From Pedosphaera sp. (lineage in GTDB: Bacteria; Verrucomicrobiota; Verrucomicrobiia; Limisphaerales; SIBH01): 23,263 bases of DNA. Below are positions 16,002 through 23,263 of this stretch, piece by piece. Where the stretch lies: the NCBI GenBank assembly GCA_031414955.1, contig JANOQV010000303.1:1-23263 (forward strand), written 5' to 3'. Position 1 is the stretch's first letter. Every line of letters starts with the position of its first letter. Under the pieces are notes generated by a model. That model saw only the letters and a list, made by a program, of their open reading frames with translations, searched no databases and was not told the DNA's origin. The position numbers and the translations under genes are program-made.

Positions 16002-16810
16002 AACGAAGCGGCGGTCGCGCCGAAGAACTTCCGTCGCGCCTCTTCGCTGAACGGCGCGAAATAATCGGCGGCCAGTTGATAAATCTCCTCGTAACTTCCA
16101 CCCAGCAAACACACCGGCCAGTCCGAGCCGAACATCACGCGATCCTCGCCGAACAACTCCATCACCACATCGAGATAGGGACGGAAATCCTCCGCCTTCC
16201 AGCCCGGCATCTTCGCCTCGGTGACGAGGCCGGAAATTTTGCAGAAGACGTTCGGGTGCCGGGCCAGTTCCTTGAGGTCATCCTTCCACGTTTGAATCAG
16301 CCCGGCGCGCACCATCGGCTTGGCGATGTGGTCGAGCACGAAACGCTGTTCGGGAAGGTGTGCGGCCACCTGGGCCGCGGAGCGAAGGTGCTTGGGGAAG
16401 AGCAGCAAATCATAGGCAAGATTGAACTGCTTCAGCTTCGCCAGTCCCCGCATGAACTCGGGTTGCAGCATGAATTCGGACGATTCGCTTTGCACGACGT
16501 GGCGCACGCCGACGAATTTCTGGTGCTGGGAAAGTGCGGCGAGATTGTCCTCGACCGTCTCGGCGCGCAAATCCACCCAGCCGACTACGCCTTTGAGGAA
16601 CGGCGACTGGTCCGCAAGTTCGAGCAGCCAGCTTGATTCTTCCAGGCTCGGCCGCGCTTGCACGGCGACCGTGCCGGTGATTCCCACCTTGGCCGCCTCG
16701 AGCTCCAGAGCCGCAGGCAGCCAGTCGCGCTGGAGCGGCGAGCCCTGACCAATCCACGGGTATTCGCCTTCTGAGTATTTCCAAAAATGTTGATGTGAAT
16801 CGATGCGCAT
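15986..16810 (-). CDS. Amidohydrolase_2 family protein (L-fuconolactonase-like)
   Basis: IDSHQHFW, GVVGWVDL, VGVRHVVQ, FVLDHIAKP, NVFCKISGLVTEA, RVMFGSDWPVC. Confidence 0.92.
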   Translation of the reverse strand: MRIDSHQHFWKYSEGEYPWIGQGSPLQRDWLPAALELEAAKVGITGTVAVQARPSLEESSWLLELADQSPFLKGVVGWVDLRAETVEDNLAALSQHQKFVGVRHVVQSESSEFMLQPEFMRGLAKLKQFNLAYDLLLFPKHLRSAAQVAAHLPEQRFVLDHIAKPMVRAGLIQTWKDDLKELARHPNVFCKISGLVTEAKMPGWKAEDFRPYLDVVMELFGEDRVMFGSDWPVCLLGGSYEEIYQLAADYFAPFSEEARRKFFGATAASFYRLA

Positions 16811-16969
16811 AGCAGCGCGGCCATCTTGTCCGCTCGTGGTCGAGGATAGCCAGCAGGAACACGCGGGTTGGAGACACGGCCGTTCCGCTCACCGGCGGGC
16901 AGGCGCGGGATAGAGGACAAACCTCCCGGCCAGCGAAGCTGGGGTTCTCACGAACCGACTCAGGACGGC

Positions 16970-17518
16970 TTATTTTCGCGAACGGATCAGCGCGGCGACC
17001 GTTAATCCGACCAAACCGAGCGCGAGGGTGGACGGTTCTGGCACACACAAAATAATGGGGGTCAAACCCGCATTGGCAATGGACACAGGCAACGTAGGCG
17101 ACTCGGTCAGGGTAAAACTGAAAGGTGCGGAGACCGCAAGCAGCACCGAAGCATCACCACCCAGGCCAGCGGCATACGCGGCTTCGTAAGACGGATAAAC
17201 GGTGCTGGCCAGCCAGGCCCGAACTTGAAGCAGCACCAGGCCAGTCCAACCGGGCAGGGTGCGCAGCCCGCCGCTGAACCGGCCGGCGGCAAAACAGTTC
17301 GTCACACTCCCGATAAGGCTCAGGCTGCCCACATCGCCCACGGTGCCGATATACAGTCCTACCTGCGTGTCGTTTTGCGCCACACCACCAGGAACGGGCA
17401 ACCCAGTGCTGCAATTCGTGATGGTCGTCGCGGCGTTGTTGGCAAAGATGAGCTGGCCTTGCGCGAAGGCCGAGGTCGTGGCCGCGAGCAGCAGGGCGGC
17501 GAGCAGGAGAGTTTTCAT
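16970..17518 (-). CDS. PEP-CTERM sorting domain protein (copy 3)
   Basis: Signal peptide MKTLLLAALLLAATTSAFA-QG; LQVRAW; C-terminal VPEPSTLALGLVGLTVAALIRSRK. Confidence 0.92.
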   Translation of the reverse strand: MKTLLLAALLLAATTSAFAQGQLIFANNAATTITNCSTGLPVPGGVAQNDTQVGLYIGTVGDVGSLSLIGSVTNCFAAGRFSGGLRTLPGWTGLVLLQVRAWLASTVYPSYEAAYAAGLGGDASVLLAVSAPFSFTLTESPTLPVSIANAGLTPIILCVPEPSTLALGLVGLTVAALIRSRK

Positions 17519-17537
17519 ATTTCGAGCGGCTGGATTT

Positions 17538-18068
17538 TCACTTGCGCCGACGGAAGCCGACAAGAGCGACCAACCCCAGAATCGCTAGGGCGTAGCTGGA
17601 AGGCTCGGGGCACCACATGACGATGGGGGTTAGTCCGGCGTTGGCGATGGAAACAGGCAGCGTAGGCGACTCGGTCAGGGTAAAACTAAAAGGTGCGGAG
17701 ACACCAAGCACCACCGAGCCATCACCGCCAAAGCCAGCGGCAAGTGCGGCTTCGTAAGACGGATAAACGGTGCTGGCCAGCCAGGCCCGGACTTGGAGCA
17801 GCACCGTGCCCGTGGTGCCGACGAGAGTGCGCAGACCGCCGCTGAATCGCCCAGGGAGAAAGCAATTCGTCACCGCACCAACCATGGTCAAACTGTTCAT
17901 GTCGCTCACGGTGCCTACGTAAAGGGCGACGCGCGTTGCAACCGGAGCTGGGCCGGTGCAGAAGTTTGTGATCGCCGTGGCCGCATTGTTGGCAAAGATG
18001 AGCTGACCTTGAGCGAAGGCCGAGGTCGTGGCCGCGAGCAGCAGGGCGGTGAGCAGGAGGGTTTTCAT
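17538..18068 (-). CDS. PEP-CTERM sorting domain protein (copy 2)
   Basis: MKTLLLTALLLAATTSAFA-QG; LQVRAW; C-terminal CPEPSSYALAILGLVALVGFRRRK. Confidence 0.92.
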   Translation of the reverse strand: MKTLLLTALLLAATTSAFAQGQLIFANNAATAITNFCTGPAPVATRVALYVGTVSDMNSLTMVGAVTNCFLPGRFSGGLRTLVGTTGTVLLQVRAWLASTVYPSYEAALAAGFGGDGSVVLGVSAPFSFTLTESPTLPVSIANAGLTPIVMWCPEPSSYALAILGLVALVGFRRRK

Positions 18069-18101
18069 ATTTCGAAAGTGGTGCATCAAGCGGCTGGATT
18101 T

Positions 18102-18653
18102 TCACTTGCGCCGGCGGAAGCAGACGAAAGCAACCATCAATCCGACCGAACCGAGCGCGAGGGCGGACGGTTCAGGCACACACATAGCCCAGGAGAATAA
18201 GTAGATGGGAGTCAAACCCGCATTGGCGATGGACACCGGCGGCGTAGGCGACTCGGTCAGGGTAAAACTGAAAGGTGCAGAGTTACCAAGAGTCACCGAT
18301 CCATCACCGCCCACGCCAGCGGCGTAAGCGGCTTCGTAAGTCGGATAAACGGTGCTGGCCAGCCAAGCTCGGACTTGGAGCAGCACCGTGCCCGTAGTGA
18401 AGGGGAGAGTGCGCAGGCCGCCGCTGAACCGCCCAGGGAGAAAGCAATTCGTCGCCGCACCAACGATGCTCAAACTACTCAGGTCGCCCACGGTGCCTAC
18501 GTACAGGCCGACCTGCGTTGTGACCGGAGCAGGGCCGGCGCAAAGAATGGTAATGGCCGTGGCAGCGTTATTGGCAAAGATGAGCTGGCCTTGGGGAAGG
18601 GCCTTGGCGGTCAGGAAGACGAAGAAGGCCGCGAAGATCAGGCTTTTCATCAT
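18102..18653 (-). CDS. PEP-CTERM sorting domain protein (copy 1)
   Basis: MMKSLIFAAFFVFLTAKALPQG; LQVRAW; C-terminal VPEPSALALGSVGLMVAFVCFRRRK. Confidence 0.9.
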   Translation of the reverse strand: MMKSLIFAAFFVFLTAKALPQGQLIFANNAATAITILCAGPAPVTTQVGLYVGTVGDLSSLSIVGAATNCFLPGRFSGGLRTLPFTTGTVLLQVRAWLASTVYPTYEAAYAAGVGGDGSVTLGNSAPFSFTLTESPTPPVSIANAGLTPIYLFSWAMCVPEPSALALGSVGLMVAFVCFRRRK

Positions 18654-18827
18654 GGCCACAGTCAATACTCGCAGGGCGGGTTCTGCAATCAGGAATATCG
18701 TAACGATTGCTGCGCCGGCCCGTTCCAACTCCCGGCGACGGCTGCATTCCTTGTTCCCCAGTCACCAGTTCCTGCCTACACTTCGCCGCGTGAACGAATT
18801 CCAAAACCCATTCACCGTCCGACTGTG

Positions 18828-20102
18828 ATGCTGCCACGTCTGGCCAGTCGAATTTTTCTGTCCGCGAACAAACGCTGCCTGTGGAAGGCGGCGTGGAACT
18901 TCGGGGTGAAGGGCATGCTCTCGGTCGAGCGCTTTAAGCGGCGCATAAAGCGCGGCGAATACTTCCCGCCGTTCCTTTACCTCTCGATCATCAACTCCTG
19001 CAATCTCCGCTGCCAGGGCTGCTGGGTCGATGTGGAGGCGGACCGCAACGCCATCGACCTCGACACGTTGAACCGCACCATCACGGACGCGAAGGCGCAC
19101 GGGAACTCCTTCTTCGGCATCCTCGGCGGCGAGCCGTTCATGCATCCTGAGTTGCTTGATCTCCTGGCGGCGCATCCCGACTGCTACTTTCAGGTTTTCA
19201 CCAACGGGCAGTTCATCACCGAGAAGGTCGCGCAACGGCTGGTGCAGATGGGCAACGCCACGCCGCTGGTCAGCATCGAGGGCCGCGAGATCACGAGCGA
19301 TGTGCGGCGCGGGAACAAGGAAGTGCTCAACCGCACCCTGCGCGGACTCGACCAATGTCTCAAGGCCGGCCTGCTCACCGGCGTGGCGACCAGCGTGTGT
19401 CAGTCGAACATCGATGAGTTGCTCACCGAGTCCTGGCTGGAGGAACTGATCGCGCGCGGCGTGCATTACGTGTGGTTCCACAGCTACCGCCCGATGGGGC
19501 CGAAGCCGAATTTCGACCTCGCGTTGCGGCCCGACCAGCTCGTGCGCATCCGCAAGTTCGTCGTCGAGCAGCGCGCGAAATCTCCCATCGGCATCATCGA
19601 CGCGTATTACGGGCACGATGGAAAAGCGCTCTGCCCGATGGTCACAGGCGTGAGTCATCACGTCAGCCCCACGGGCGACATCGAGCCGTGCCCGATCATC
19701 CAGTTCGCGACCGAGAACATTAAGGACAAGCGCGGCGTGTTCGAGACCATGCGCGACTCGGCGTTCCTGAAAGATTTCCGCGACCTCTCCGGCCAGGCCA
19801 CGCGCGGCTGCGTGGTGCTCGAACGTCCCGACCTCGTGAAGCAGCTCGTGCTCAAGCACGGCGCGCGCGACACCACCGTGCGCGGCACCGCCATGGCCGA
19901 ACTCGACGCCATGACCCCGCGCTTCAGCCAATGGTTGCCCGGCGAGGAAATCCCGGAGAAGCACTGGATGTATCGCCTCGCGAAGAAGCATTGGTTCGGC
20001 GATTTCGGAGCGTATCGCACCGAGCCACCGAGCGCAGAGAAGGCGCGCAAGCTGCAAACTTCCGTAGCGGTGTCCCGTGAGAGCGCCGCCATCAGTCGAT
20101 GA
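18828..20102 (+). CDS. Radical SAM protein with SPASM/twitch-like C-terminal region
   Basis: CNLRCQGC (CxxxCxxC), GGEP, FTNG, VSIEG, LCP...HVSPTGDIEPCP...RGCVVLERP; start placed at ATG 18828. Confidence 0.92.
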   Translation: MLPRLASRIFLSANKRCLWKAAWNFGVKGMLSVERFKRRIKRGEYFPPFLYLSIINSCNLRCQGCWVDVEADRNAIDLDTLNRTITDAKAHGNSFFGILGGEPFMHPELLDLLAAHPDCYFQVFTNGQFITEKVAQRLVQMGNATPLVSIEGREITSDVRRGNKEVLNRTLRGLDQCLKAGLLTGVATSVCQSNIDELLTESWLEELIARGVHYVWFHSYRPMGPKPNFDLALRPDQLVRIRKFVVEQRAKSPIGIIDAYYGHDGKALCPMVTGVSHHVSPTGDIEPCPIIQFATENIKDKRGVFETMRDSAFLKDFRDLSGQATRGCVVLERPDLVKQLVLKHGARDTTVRGTAMAELDAMTPRFSQWLPGEEIPEKHWMYRLAKKHWFGDFGAYRTEPPSAEKARKLQTSVAVSRESAAISR

Positions 20103-20581
20103 AGCCGTCCGTCTATATCGAGACCACCATCCCCAGCCTGCTGACGGCGTGGCCGAATCGGGACGTAGAAATCGCCGCGCAGCAAATCGCCACACGCGAA
20201 TGGTGGGAGACGCGCAGCCGCTACGAGTTGTGCGCCTCCGAGGAAGTGCTGCGCGAAGCAGGACGCGGCGATGCCGACGCGGCGGCGCAGCGGCTCGCGG
20301 CCATTGCCGACTGCATCATCCTGCCCATGAGCGCCGAGGCCGAGGAACTCACTTCTCGCATTATCGCCACGGGCTTGATTCCACCTCGCGCCCTTCGTGA
20401 CGCCATTCACATCGGAGTTTCCGCCGCACACCGGGTGGAGTTTCTGCTGACGTGGAACTGCCGACACATCAACAACGCCATCATCCAGCAGCGCCTGCGG
20501 GGCGTCTGCCGCGCCGCCGGATTTGAACTGCCCGTGATTTGCAATCCCAACGGATTGCTGAGAACTTCACCCAAGCCATGA
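20099..20581 (+). CDS. PIN-domain (VapC-like) toxin
   Basis: VYIETTIPS, SEEVLREAGRGD, DAIHI, FLLTWNCRHINN; ATGA overlap with the radical SAM stop. Confidence 0.9.
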   Translation: MKPSVYIETTIPSLLTAWPNRDVEIAAQQIATREWWETRSRYELCASEEVLREAGRGDADAAAQRLAAIADCIILPMSAEAEELTSRIIATGLIPPRALRDAIHIGVSAAHRVEFLLTWNCRHINNAIIQQRLRGVCRAAGFELPVICNPNGLLRTSPKP

Positions 20582-20775
20582 AAGCTGAAAATCCTATCGA
20601 GGAAATCTGGCGCATCCGCGAAGAACTCGCGTCCGAGGAAGGGTGCGATGTGCATACCGTCTTTGAAATCCTGCGCCGCGAGGAAAAGAAACACGGCGAC
20701 CGCGTACGCCCGTTGCGCGCGACACCGGCCGCAGACTCGTTGCTCCTACGTGAAGAACCACCCAAGCCGGAATAA
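20578..20775 (+). CDS. Small protein, putative antitoxin
   Basis: 65 aa, NPIEEIWRIREELASEEGCDV; ATGA overlap with the PIN gene stop. Confidence 0.75.
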   Translation: MKAENPIEEIWRIREELASEEGCDVHTVFEILRREEKKHGDRVRPLRATPAADSLLLREEPPKPE

Positions 20776-21297
20776 TTAGCTCGCGCTGAAGAGTTCCACT
20801 TCCGCTCCACCCAACTCCCTGATCTCCTCCGCCAGCCGGCTGGCTTGTCCTTCCAGTTCCGCAATTTCCTTCTCCAGCAGCGCGGCCCGTTCCGCCGCCA
20901 GTTCCTCCAGCACGCCGGGCTTCCGCTCGCTGATCTGGCACAGCTCGTAGTCGGGGCTTTCCCACAGCCGGTTCAGCGACTCGATGACCGCCACGATTTC
21001 CAGTTGCAACGTCTCGTGCAGACGCCGCAGTTGCGCGAGTTCGATTTCGTCCGTGAAGTCGAGGCCCGCCCAGCCTTGCCGGAGAATAAACCCGTGCGGG
21101 TCTTCGGCGATCTCCCGCAGCGCGGCCATGTCGCCATCGTCCTTCGCCCGGTTGATGGCCGCCGTGAGCTTCTCGTACGTGGCCAGCTTGTCCGGTTCGT
21201 GGGCGAAGCGGTCGGGATGATACAGCTTGACCAGCTTCTTCCACAGCCGGTTCAACTCCGCTTCCTCGTCCGGCGCCAACTGCTTCTTGTCCGCCAC
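20776..21297 (-). pseudogene. Probably 5'-truncated J-domain/coiled-coil protein
   Basis: LWKKLVKLYHPDRF (J-domain HPD motif) then coiled coil; the only ATG (21315) has no RBS and lies within the candidate promoter of the opposite-strand nuclease. Confidence 0.55.
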
Positions 21298-21309
21298 GGT
21301 TGGAATGAA

Positions 21310-21337
21310 TTGCATCGCAGCACCGAGTCGCTACCTT
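21310..21337 (+). promoter_or_regulatory. Candidate sigma70 promoter for the nuclease gene
   Basis: TTGCAT (21310-21315), 16-nt spacer, TACCTT (21332-21337). Confidence 0.35.
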
Positions 21338-21375
21338 CCGCCGCGTATCCAGAATTCCGGGATGTTCCGTGAATC

Positions 21376-22248
21376 ATGCCCATTGATTACAAAGCATTGT
21401 TTGAGAGGCTGACCAAGCGTTACGGCGGAGCAACGCCCGAAGCGATGGAAGCGATTCTTTGTCCGGTGCTCATCCCAATCCGCACACTCGACAAAACCAT
21501 TTTCAAACTCCCGGAGCAGAACCACTGGCGTGCGTCCTTCACCATTGCCATCGACGAAGAGTGCGAGGACTTGGTGGTGCCTGGACGCACGGGCAAGTTT
21601 GTTCCAAACGCCTATGAGGGCGGCGGCGGATGGAAGGAGATCGCAAAGGGCCGGATTCTGAAAGTGGATTCGCGCGCCAAAACTGCCGAGGGCGAGGTGT
21701 ATTGCGGCGGGCAGAAAGGGGATTTGCAGGCGGCTCTGGAAGAACTGTCATTGGGAGATTTTTTGGAAATCGACCAATATGGCGCGTCGGCCAAGATTCT
21801 CAGCGGTTTGGTGGAATACTCGCTGGTGGAAGTGCTCAAGGCCGGTGGCTACACGGTCCGCCGGATGCCCGAAGACATGGCGCAACACATCGGGACTTAC
21901 TTGAACTTTGATTTCGAGGTGGCGAAGCGCGGCGTGAAAAAGAAAGTGGAGGTGAAATCGTTGTGGGGCACGAACACCAAGTTCGCGCGCCTCATTCACA
22001 GCAAGACCGATGGCTATCCCACCAGCAGTTGCAAATTCGCGACGCAGGATTTTTTTGCCGTCAGTCTTTTCCTTCGCACCGGGCGCATCCAGGATTTCGC
22101 TTTCGCGCGTTCCGTGCCCAAAGACATCAAGCCTTACGGCCTGCCGCGTGCTGGAAAATTTCCAGATCATGTGAATCAGAACCCAACTTGCGCGGTAGGC
22201 GACGGGACGTGGTTTGGCTCTCTGGATGAGGTTTGGAAGCTGGCGTAG
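21376..22248 (+). CDS. Putative restriction endonuclease, PD-(D/E)XK fold
   Basis: GLVE helix...GYTVRR...NFDFEV...KVEVKS catalytic pattern; adjacent to a DNA methyltransferase. Confidence 0.75.
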   Translation: MPIDYKALFERLTKRYGGATPEAMEAILCPVLIPIRTLDKTIFKLPEQNHWRASFTIAIDEECEDLVVPGRTGKFVPNAYEGGGGWKEIAKGRILKVDSRAKTAEGEVYCGGQKGDLQAALEELSLGDFLEIDQYGASAKILSGLVEYSLVEVLKAGGYTVRRMPEDMAQHIGTYLNFDFEVAKRGVKKKVEVKSLWGTNTKFARLIHSKTDGYPTSSCKFATQDFFAVSLFLRTGRIQDFAFARSVPKDIKPYGLPRAGKFPDHVNQNPTCAVGDGTWFGSLDEVWKLA

Positions 22249-23263
22249 CCGCCTCGTTCCGCCACGCGGCCCCGGCGGCGTCAATGGCACTGACAAATTG
22301 GTCGCGCACCGTGTTAAGCGTCCTCGTTTGCTCCGCGATTTCCCGCGCCATCGCCTCCAGCTTGGGCAACGCTTCCTTCCTTGCGGGCAGCAGCACATCC
22401 TTCAAACACGATTCATCAATCGCCGGGTAGGCGATGCCGACGTTGTTCCGCATCAACTGGGCGATGACAAATTCGCTCTTCAAGAGGAACGCCAGCGTGA
22501 TCGGATCAATCTTCGTTGGCCGCAGAACCGCCAGTCCCGTCGTGCAAATCGAGCCGTCCTGATGCGGGCCAACCACACCCACCGCGCCCCGCTCCGGCCT
22601 GACCGTGGAAACGAGCACGTCGCCGGTTTGCACCACTTTCCGCGCGCGGCTGGGCGCGGCGGTAACGTCGATGCAATTGGAATACACCGTGCAGGTCTGC
22701 GAATCGATGTCGGAAATCTCGATGTAGTTGAACTCCTTTGTCCCCCAGCGGCGCGGGTCGGCCCGGTTGTCGATGAGTTCGGCCACATCGGAAACGTAGA
22801 GGTCGTAGTCGGCGCGCTTCGCCAGACGCTTCTCGATCTCAACGGACAGTGAGGCGTGGTGTTGAGCGTCCCAGCGCTCAAATTCCGTGGCGTCCTCCAT
22901 CCATTTCACCAACTGTGGCTTGAGGGGAGGCGAAACGATCTCCTCCAGAATGGCGGGCAATTCCCCTTTGCCTTGCACCACTTTGACGCGCTGGTTGGCC
23001 TTGGTGGAAACGGTGAAGCCAATGTCCTGGCAAATCGCGAAGCCGGTTCGCACGGGTTTGGCGTTGCGGCCGTCTTTCTTCCGCAGATGCAGGATTGAAG
23101 TTTTCGTGGTCGTGCCCGCCGCGCCGAAGGTCACGCTCGGAAGTGAGATCACGTTCAACAGATCAATTTTTCCGGCGAGGGCGCGGCGTAGGTCTTCAAA
23201 GACAGCTTTGTTCGTCAGGATACTGTCGGGAACAATTGCGATGAGTTGTCCACCCGGCGCAAG
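22127..23263 (-). CDS. N6-adenine DNA methyltransferase (HsdM-like) fused to an HsdS-like specificity domain; partial, 5' part outside the window
   Basis: Frame open to the window edge: LAPGGQLIAIVPDSIL...VISLPSVTF...TKTSILHLRK (HsdM C-terminal motifs), then YIEISDID...PSRARKVVQTGDVLVSTVRP...ICTTGLAVLRP...GIAYPAI (TRD). Confidence 0.88.
   Translation of the reverse strand, partial: LAPGGQLIAIVPDSILTNKAVFEDLRRALAGKIDLLNVISLPSVTFGAAGTTTKTSILHLRKKDGRNAKPVRTGFAICQDIGFTVSTKANQRVKVVQGKGELPAILEEIVSPPLKPQLVKWMEDATEFERWDAQHHASLSVEIEKRLAKRADYDLYVSDVAELIDNRADPRRWGTKEFNYIEISDIDSQTCTVYSNCIDVTAAPSRARKVVQTGDVLVSTVRPERGAVGVVGPHQDGSICTTGLAVLRPTKIDPITLAFLLKSEFVIAQLMRNNVGIAYPAIDESCLKDVLLPARKEALPKLEAMAREIAEQTRTLNTVRDQFVSAIDAAGAAWRNEAATPASKPHPESQTTSRRLPRKLGSDSHDLEIFQHAAGRKA

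Noticed and set aside
16970..18653. Diversity-generating retroelement template/variable repeats
   Set aside because: All copies are intact genes, differences are not adenine-specific, and no reverse transcriptase is present
18375..18827. N-terminal extension of the radical SAM ORF
   Set aside because: Overlaps the opposite-strand PEP-CTERM gene and the intergenic region
16970..20102. RiPP cluster with PEP-CTERM proteins as radical SAM substrates
   Set aside because: Divergent orientation; the paralogs are Sec-exported folded proteins, not leader-core peptides; no RRE, protease or transporter seen

Overview
GC-rich bacterial window, most likely Verrucomicrobiota (Pedosphaerales/Limisphaerales-like; inferred from PEP-CTERM proteins, 'STNL..W...RFFR' C-terminal domains and repeat types). 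In order: a low-complexity poly-C start; a secreted beta-helix (GGAI-repeat) protein; a GlcD-like FAD oxidoreductase; a secreted alpha/beta hydrolase; tRNA-Ser(GGA) head-to-head with a probable 6S RNA; an envelope operon (DUF4175-like coiled-coil protein, VWA/glutamine-amidotransferase-like protein, caspase/C13-fold protein, small membrane protein) interrupted by a 1.8-kb defence insert (small ORF+HNH pair and EVE-HNH nuclease) bounded by a 7-bp direct repeat; an amidohydrolase; three tandem PEP-CTERM paralogs; a radical SAM enzyme; a PIN toxin pair; a probably 5'-truncated J-domain gene; and a convergent PD-(D/E)XK nuclease plus fused methyltransferase-specificity gene running off the right end. 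Most notable: strong Thr-Asn (TN) enrichment in exported proteins, the cleanly inserted nuclease cassette, a palindromic element in frame within a gene, the tRNA/6S arrangement and the unusual R-M architecture. All family assignments are by eye from motifs, not database searches.
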